DNA of 64,000 nt from Planctomycetota bacterium (lineage in GTDB: Bacteria; Planctomycetota; PLA2; JAEUHO01), in the NCBI GenBank assembly GCA_965222115.1, contig CBDCTJ010000007.1:1632001-1696000 (forward strand), written 5' to 3'. The notes under the pieces are model-generated. The model worked only from the letters and a program-made list of their open reading frames with translations, did no database searches and had not been told where the DNA came from. This document shows positions 59,001 to 64,000 of the stretch, piece by piece. The translations under genes and the position numbers were made by a program. How positions within the stretch are numbered: position 1 is the first letter of the stretch; each line of letters begins with the position of its first letter.

Positions 59001-60948
59001 CAACGAGGTAGTACGTGCGAGGGGTTCCCCGCGCTTGGATCTGTGCGTGAAAGCGCTCAATGCCGGGATCGTTGAGCACAATGTCATTATCGGGGTCCGC
59101 CCCAATTGTCGTTGTTCCCCGGCCAACGTCATGGGGCGTACCGTCGATGGCATTTACGAGTTGATAGCTCGGTTCGGGTTTCGCTGGTGCCTCGTCGATT
59201 TCGCTCGCGCGCTTGAGTCCCACGAGGATCTTCTGCCGGCCCAACTGAATGACGTCACCGTCCGACAAGATGCCCAATCCACCCAATGGACGACCGTTGA
59301 TAAGCGCCGTGCCCGCGGCTCGCTTGGCGCGCGTGCAAAACCACGCCATGCCTTCGCGCTTAATCAGCAGCCGGTCTACTTCCCGTGCTTCCGGAATGGC
59401 AATGTCACTCGACCCTTTGGGCCCCAAGCGCACCGGTCCTTTGTCAACCGTGTGTGTTTGATCGCCAATCATGAGCTTCAGCGGCGGTGGGGGCAGCGAG
59501 CCGAAGTGTTCCGTTTGGCCCTCCACGGCCTGAGCGCAGTCGCGCTGCGAAACGACATTCGTTGCTTGCGCCATGGCTTGGGGTTTGGCGGCAACCGCCA
59601 TCATGGCGCCTTCGTCATCAAAGCGACGCACGCCATCGGCTTCTTCTTGTGCGGCAATCCATCGAAAGAGATCAAAGTCGGGCTCAAAGAGTCGTTCGGC
59701 AACTGCCTTGACGTTAGCCGCTTCACCACGCAGGTTCATGAGGCGGCGCAACGCCATACCCTCGCGTCGATCGCCGAGCAACATGGCGCCGACGAGTTGT
59801 CCCTTGTGTAGCAGCGCACGTTTGTAGATGGGTCGGCCGCCGTGCCGGTCGCGGTACACAACCGACTCGCATTCATCATCGGGATAGCGCTTGCCGGGAT
59901 CGTGGACCGATGTGCCGACCGTGCCTAGATCAAGATCCCACGCGCGCGTGCCATTGTAGATGGGGCCCGGTCGATATTCGATGGGCGTATCGCCGTCTTC
60001 GCGCGCCATATTAAGACCCGCGATACGACCCTGTCGAACAGCGGGCTGCCAAAGACCCCCCGGATTGTCAAAGGGGAGACTCGCTTCGCGAAAGTGCACG
60101 ATGTCACCCGCGGCATACACGTTTTCCATACCGCCGAGTTGCATCTGTCGATTGACGGTTAGATAGCCGCGTTCCGGCGTGACGGGCGAATCGGCCAACC
60201 ACTCGGTGTTTGGAAGAATGCCGATCGACGTGATGACCAGCGAACACTCAATGAACTCCCCCGACTTGAGTCGCACACCTTTGATACCGCGCCGCGAGCC
60301 TTCGATCTCTTCGGTTTCGGCAGAGAGAAACACACCCACGCCGTCGGCCTGCATGCGCGCGCGAATCAAGTCCCCGGCCGTTTGATCCACGACGCGTTCT
60401 AGCAACCAATCGCCACGATGAACCAACGAGACATCAACATTGCGTGCGTGGAGTCCCTGCGCCGCTTCAATGCCAAGTATGCCGCCGCCGATAACAACGG
60501 CTTTCTTGGCACGCGATGCCCGATCGACAATTTCACGTGTGTCTTGCATCGTGCGCATGGCCATGACACCCGGCAAGTCAGCGCCCTTCACCGCATACTT
60601 TCCCGTAGGTTCGAGTCGTCGCGCGCGCGCACCCGTTGCAATCAACAGGCGGTCGTACTGCATCGCGCCACCGTCATGAAGTTTGAGTTCGTTGGTCTCC
60701 GGGCGAATGCCCGTTGCCCGATCCACGATGCGCTCAAGCCGAAGCGATTCCCACTGCTCCGGGTGAAGCGACCAAAGTTCCTCTTCTTGAATCTCACCCA
60801 TCAAGTAGTTCGTAAGGGCCGCGCGATAGTAGTAGGGCTGCGGGTCGGCCGACACGATGGTGATGCGATCGGAGGGTCGCGTGCCACGTAGCGCTTGGGC
60901 AGCGGACATGCCTGCAGCGCCGTCCCCAACAATGACACATCGACGCAT
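56008..60948 (-). CDS. Multidomain FAD/NAD(P)H oxidoreductase - 5xFHA - 2x[4Fe-4S] - 2x cNMP-binding - C-terminal 4Fe-4S domain
   Basis: VIVGDGAAG, YDRLLIATG, VIGGGILG, VYAAGD; five FHA folds; CIGCHECMRACP and CTQCHACVPVCP; two cNMP folds; CTDCNNCVDAC, CYHCVDPMC, CVGCGGCATRCP, KCDLC...ACVRSCPTGA. Confidence 0.9.
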   Translation of the reverse strand: MRRCVIVGDGAAGMSAAQALRGTRPSDRITIVSADPQPYYYRAALTNYLMGEIQEEELWSLHPEQWESLRLERIVDRATGIRPETNELKLHDGGAMQYDRLLIATGARARRLEPTGKYAVKGADLPGVMAMRTMQDTREIVDRASRAKKAVVIGGGILGIEAAQGLHARNVDVSLVHRGDWLLERVVDQTAGDLIRARMQADGVGVFLSAETEEIEGSRRGIKGVRLKSGEFIECSLVITSIGILPNTEWLADSPVTPERGYLTVNRQMQLGGMENVYAAGDIVHFREASLPFDNPGGLWQPAVRQGRIAGLNMAREDGDTPIEYRPGPIYNGTRAWDLDLGTVGTSVHDPGKRYPDDECESVVYRDRHGGRPIYKRALLHKGQLVGAMLLGDRREGMALRRLMNLRGEAANVKAVAERLFEPDFDLFRWIAAQEEADGVRRFDDEGAMMAVAAKPQAMAQATNVVSQRDCAQAVEGQTEHFGSLPPPPLKLMIGDQTHTVDKGPVRLGPKGSSDIAIPEAREVDRLLIKREGMAWFCTRAKRAAGTALINGRPLGGLGILSDGDVIQLGRQKILVGLKRASEIDEAPAKPEPSYQLVNAIDGTPHDVGRGTTTIGADPDNDIVLNDPGIERFHAQIQARGTPRTYYLVDCGGHGKTKVGSNKLTGHCRLDADDKITLGDASFVFSSGGVRPEHADRHAATATVGASDLGFLYLVGTSGPLKGSAVAVPVPGIIGRGLKADAQINDPLLSRLHARVDGIIPVVKLIDLGSQNGTKLDGRRLAPNEPERLVEGQELRLGHNKFRVALEDPDDVDFVEADAVEDNVAAQETVATGFLGWRFEEAQSGDPAKYALLDDEVRAGRSPTNDVVLHARDVSKAHFLLRRKGNIYGLIDQKSSAGTTINGVAVEPYQTYTLSDGDIVKAGSCELTARRGAGVGAISQHLKGAREPKRQLVPLSESIKKKLGSIRLTGRGPWVIGRRTADCSVVLPLQTVSGVHATIRRKQNRYTITNHSSAGTGLNGKRIPKDKTARLDDGDVLQFQDNVCRFEADKPSGAATRTVKALSANRFVVDDAASHNPLDADLGAAVRDELDSCIGCHECMRACPLPDANEVTIAALNAYAGGIGGDQDVVRRFVRDCTQCHACVPVCPADIRRSRIVLWNKLKQVPDEGDVLTLQVGRKQMASTLTLGRAADTLQKHPVFKKLPRASLLLLASSARCRQLRKREVLVREGEYADAMWIILQGELQVGMQTTHDAFHRLVDLGPGQTVAEVAVLSDRASDVTARASDRTLVLGLTKYGLESIKQHHPGFQAQLEGLYVSRSLDHILGRLERQLRLPKGARKHLRRELQAERYAIDRVVLQAIEAPNTFAVLHRGYVREKRAWRDGERIANYLKPGDVFGGPDAGTRGNDLLRYEAATRVEVYTIRRDRIARLDSKFPGLLNALLPDASAPVSHAADASGSFSHAGGTGLLQAKDLLVIDTRLCTDCNNCVDACERRHGVPRLERSNVGLQQGPFQVPASCYHCVDPMCLFCSVDGIVREPTGEIRIIEDNCVGCGGCATRCPYDNIFMYARKPRSRSLLERLVPKPLQRVLNIGDDGKVTLDDHERVAVKCDLCADYNNGPACVRSCPTGAARRDDPVVLFGMGRES

Positions 60949-61115
60949 CTCTTGGTCTCCGGTTTGACGCCTTCACTCCGGTAGGCGCGAATGGCGAAGA
61001 ACCCGCGCCGAGAAGGCCTGCTGCGCCCTTCGCCCGTTTCCTTCGCGCCGGTATGCTACGCGCGCCCGGTTTCCGCGTCCACCCTGTCGTCAACTTGCCG
61101 GTATTGAGGTCAAAC

Positions 61116-62495
61116 GTGCCGTTCGAACTTGTCCTGGAATGCAAGCGTGGACCCAATCAAGGAACGTCGTTCGCGTTTCGCCTCGATGATGAAGTCACGT
61201 TTGGACGCGACGGCGACGCCGACAAGAGCGGTACTCGACCCACCGATCCCGGCATGCATCGTCGGCATGTGGTGTTCTCCCTGTACGGCGGCGAGATTCG
61301 CATGAAGGCCATTCAGGGCGCCAAGAGTCTGCTTGTAAACGGTCGCCCGGCTCGCAAGGCCACACTTGTGAGTGGCGATCGTTTGGTGATCGGTCGCTCC
61401 CATTTGCTCGTTCACCTCACTGAACTGCCTGGAAGCCAAGTTGAGCCCGATCCGAAGGCGGAGCCAGGGGAACCATCCAGCGTGTCCGCTCCGGTAGCTC
61501 CGCCTCCAGACGTATCGCCTCCAGCACCAGCAGCCAGTTCACCTCCTGTGACCTCTCCGCCAACAGCGCCGCCCCGAGTGGCCGAAACACCTCCACCGTC
61601 AAGCACCGGTAGTTTTCAAAGTATCGAAGAACGTCGGCTCGATGATCTGCATCTCGGCGACCAAGTCGGTGTTGGTGCGATGGGACGTGTATTCGAAGCG
61701 TGGGATCCCGACACCAACGAGAAGTTATGCGTCAAGACCATTCGCGCAGCGGGGCCGCGCGCCACCAAAGCCGTTGACATGTTTTGGCGGGAGATCAATC
61801 TGCTTGCGGGCATGGATCATCCCAACATCATTCGCTTTCTTTATGCCGGTGGAGGACGCGCCCAACAGTTCTACGCCATGGAGTGGATTGATGGCCACAC
61901 GCTTGAGCATGAGATCACTACAGGTGGACCACTAAGCCAAACTCAAGCGTGTGCACTTGCGCGACAACTACTCTCGGCGCTGTCCTATGCCCACGCCAAA
62001 GCGACCATTCATCGCGACATCAATCCCCGCAACATCATGCTGCGCGGTCCGCGCGACGCTGCCTTGGCCACACTCATCGACTTCGGGCTTGGCAAGCGCC
62101 TCAAAGGCGAGAGCGGCGGCAGCAACACCATCACCGAGACAGGCGAAATGCGTGGCTCACTGGGCTTTGCTTCCAAGGAGTGCCTGCTCGATGCCAAGCG
62201 CGCCGTGCCCGCAAGCGACCTCTTCAGCGTGTCTGCCACGCTCTACTATGCCTTATCCGGCAAGACCTATTTCCCCGAACGCAAAGACAACCTAAGCATC
62301 TACCAACTCATCGGCGGCGAACACGTCGTCCCTCTAAGCGAACGCGGCATCGACATTCACCCCGCCTTCGAGGCCTGGATCGAACAAGGCCTCGCCACCG
62401 ACCCCTACGCCCGCTGGCCCACCGCCGACGACATGCTGACGGCGTTGCTGCGCGTGGAGTCGGAGATGTTGTTGGCGGGGTTGGAAGAAGACTGA
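61116..62495 (+). CDS. Soluble FHA-domain Ser/Thr protein kinase
   Basis: N-terminal FHA (FGR...RRH...VNG...GDRLVIG), Pro-rich linker, GVGAMGRVF, LCVK, HPNII, HRDINPRN, DFGLG; GAGGT SD before GTG 61116. Confidence 0.88.
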   Translation: MPFELVLECKRGPNQGTSFAFRLDDEVTFGRDGDADKSGTRPTDPGMHRRHVVFSLYGGEIRMKAIQGAKSLLVNGRPARKATLVSGDRLVIGRSHLLVHLTELPGSQVEPDPKAEPGEPSSVSAPVAPPPDVSPPAPAASSPPVTSPPTAPPRVAETPPPSSTGSFQSIEERRLDDLHLGDQVGVGAMGRVFEAWDPDTNEKLCVKTIRAAGPRATKAVDMFWREINLLAGMDHPNIIRFLYAGGGRAQQFYAMEWIDGHTLEHEITTGGPLSQTQACALARQLLSALSYAHAKATIHRDINPRNIMLRGPRDAALATLIDFGLGKRLKGESGGSNTITETGEMRGSLGFASKECLLDAKRAVPASDLFSVSATLYYALSGKTYFPERKDNLSIYQLIGGEHVVPLSERGIDIHPAFEAWIEQGLATDPYARWPTADDMLTALLRVESEMLLAGLEED

Positions 62496-62508
62496 CAAAC
62501 GTACGCGA

Positions 62509-64000
62509 TTAGCGCGAACCACCGCCACCACCACCCAGCGGATCGCCGCCGCGGCCTCTGATTTCCCAATCTGCTTTGGGGGTGAACTTGGTGCGGTCGC
62601 GGTCTTTGCGGGCGTCATCCATCATGTCGTTGCCGCCCATGAACTCGAAAACGCGTACGATGCCGGCATTGAGGTCGCCTTTGGCCTTCTTGTCGCCTTC
62701 ACAGATTTTGACGGCCGCTTCGTAAAACGTGACCGTGCGTCTGAGCCAGCGAGACTGCATGTTTTCAAGCGGTCCCAACATCTTGTCGCGGATGAAGTCC
62801 GCCGACTTGGGATTGCCGATCTCGGTGAGACACCACGTGAGCATGACGCGCTTGAGCGTGTTGCGACCGCCGCCGCGACGTCCGAACGTTTGAGGACCGA
62901 TTTTTTGGAGAATGTCTTCGACAGCCCGTGCTGCCTTCTTGTCACCCTCGAAATAGGCAAGACCAATGATTGCCCCGAGGCTTGCGAACTCGCTCTTGGC
63001 GCTGCGCGCGCGCTTGGCAAGCACTTGGCGCACCTTCGATTCACCGGCACCGCAACGACCGAGCGCGCGGAAGAGATGATTGGCGAGGTTCTCGTCCTTT
63101 TCCTTGAGGGCATACTTGCGAAGTGGCTTTACGGAGTCGGGTGAACCAATGTATTCAAGACTCACGGCGGCATTGGCGCGCAGATCCTTGTTCTTGTGCT
63201 TTAGGAACACGGCAATGGGTTCTGCGGCGTCGAAGAGGTCCGGTCGTCCCAGGGCACGAACAAGATCGATCTGTGCGGGCTCGTTCTTCTTGAGTTCCGG
63301 CAAGAGCGCAATCAATGGATTGATGCAATCGCCTTCCTTGTCATTGAGAATGAGCGTCTTGATGGCTTTCTGACGTCGCTCTTCGGCGTCGGTATCGATG
63401 AGCGCAATTGTCTCTTCGATCCACTTCTGGCGGGCGGCGTCATCTTCCGGGGCAATCGGCGCGTCTTTCTCAGGCTGTTTACCTTCTGGATCTTTGGCAC
63501 TCGGTTCCGGCGTCTTCTTGTCACCACCTGGAGGTGGTTTCACGGCACCTTCTTCACCGCGGCGGCTCGCGAACTTGCGAGCGGCGGTCTCCATCATGGA
63601 GATTAGCGCTTCGATACCCTTCTCGCCCGAACCGTAGCTCCAGTACTCACGTCGAAACAGTGGTGTCTTTGGATCTTCCGTGGGGTCGGCAAAGATGTGT
63701 TGCGGGGACACGATCATGCCTTCAATGCCAAACCGCGCGCGCAGCTCGCCGTAGTCCTTGCTGGAGGCGCCGGGCGTGAGGAAGACGCAGACAAACTGGC
63801 GGGACAGGCCAACCACGCGCGGATCTTTGTAGATCACTTCGCGGAGTCCCTTGGCGGCGGGCTCTTCGCGACCACCGTCTACCGTCTTGCTATTGATGCA
63901 GATCATGACCGGCTGTCCGGCTTTCGCAGCCGATTCGAACGCGCCGACGAGATCGCGCTCCCACGTAATGGTGTCACCCTTCTGTGCGGGTGCGGGAGCG
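62509..64000 (-). CDS. Thioredoxin-like (no CxxC) plus HEAT-repeat protein, 5' end beyond the window
   Basis: Frame stays open to the window edge (…ITWERDLVGAFESAAKAGQPVMICIN); HEAT repeats such as LRANAAVSLEYIG and LFRALGRCG. Confidence 0.78.
   Translation of the reverse strand, partial: APAPAQKGDTITWERDLVGAFESAAKAGQPVMICINSKTVDGGREEPAAKGLREVIYKDPRVVGLSRQFVCVFLTPGASSKDYGELRARFGIEGMIVSPQHIFADPTEDPKTPLFRREYWSYGSGEKGIEALISMMETAARKFASRRGEEGAVKPPPGGDKKTPEPSAKDPEGKQPEKDAPIAPEDDAARQKWIEETIALIDTDAEERRQKAIKTLILNDKEGDCINPLIALLPELKKNEPAQIDLVRALGRPDLFDAAEPIAVFLKHKNKDLRANAAVSLEYIGSPDSVKPLRKYALKEKDENLANHLFRALGRCGAGESKVRQVLAKRARSAKSEFASLGAIIGLAYFEGDKKAARAVEDILQKIGPQTFGRRGGGRNTLKRVMLTWCLTEIGNPKSADFIRDKMLGPLENMQSRWLRRTVTFYEAAVKICEGDKKAKGDLNAGIVRVFEFMGGNDMMDDARKDRDRTKFTPKADWEIRGRGGDPLGGGGGGSR

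Noticed and set aside
59660-60948. Nitrite reductase NirB call
   Set aside because: Only the FAD domain is NirB-like; the BFD [2Fe-2S] and siroheme domains are absent.
1-64000. tRNA, rRNA, CRISPR array, transposase, integrase or prophage
   Set aside because: None recognised by eye; tRNAscan/Infernal would be needed to exclude small RNAs.

Overview
GC-rich bacterial chromosomal segment, about 44 CDSs, densely coding. The gene content suggests Planctomycetota or a similar lineage (several Hanks-type kinases, FHA proteins, DUF58/BatA genes, CxxC-less thioredoxin-HEAT proteins, secreted TPR-CHAT); this is inference only. Housekeeping genes (ymdB, xseA, xseB, ispA, dxs, ahcY, nadK, purF, valS, guaB, guaA, orn) are interleaved with accessory envelope and transport genes. 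I saw no rRNA, tRNA, CRISPR array or intact mobile element. The most striking locus is 50.4-62.5 kb. It holds a 1646-aa fusion (NirB/rubredoxin-reductase-like FAD domain, five FHA domains, 2x[4Fe-4S], two cNMP-binding domains, C-terminal DmsB/NrfC-like Fe-S domain) two bases upstream of a membrane cytochrome b-like/pentaheme cytochrome c fusion, with Ser/Thr kinases on both sides. This is a candidate phosphorylation- and nucleotide-gated transmembrane electron conduit. Other notable signals: an archaeal-type ValRS with KIGKS in place of KMSKS, two related long intergenic palindromes at convergent junctions, an abrupt C/A-to-G/T third-codon-position switch at several gene 3' ends, a decayed kinase relic, and orn next to a diguanylate cyclase beside guaBA. 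All calls come from motif recognition by eye; no searches were run.
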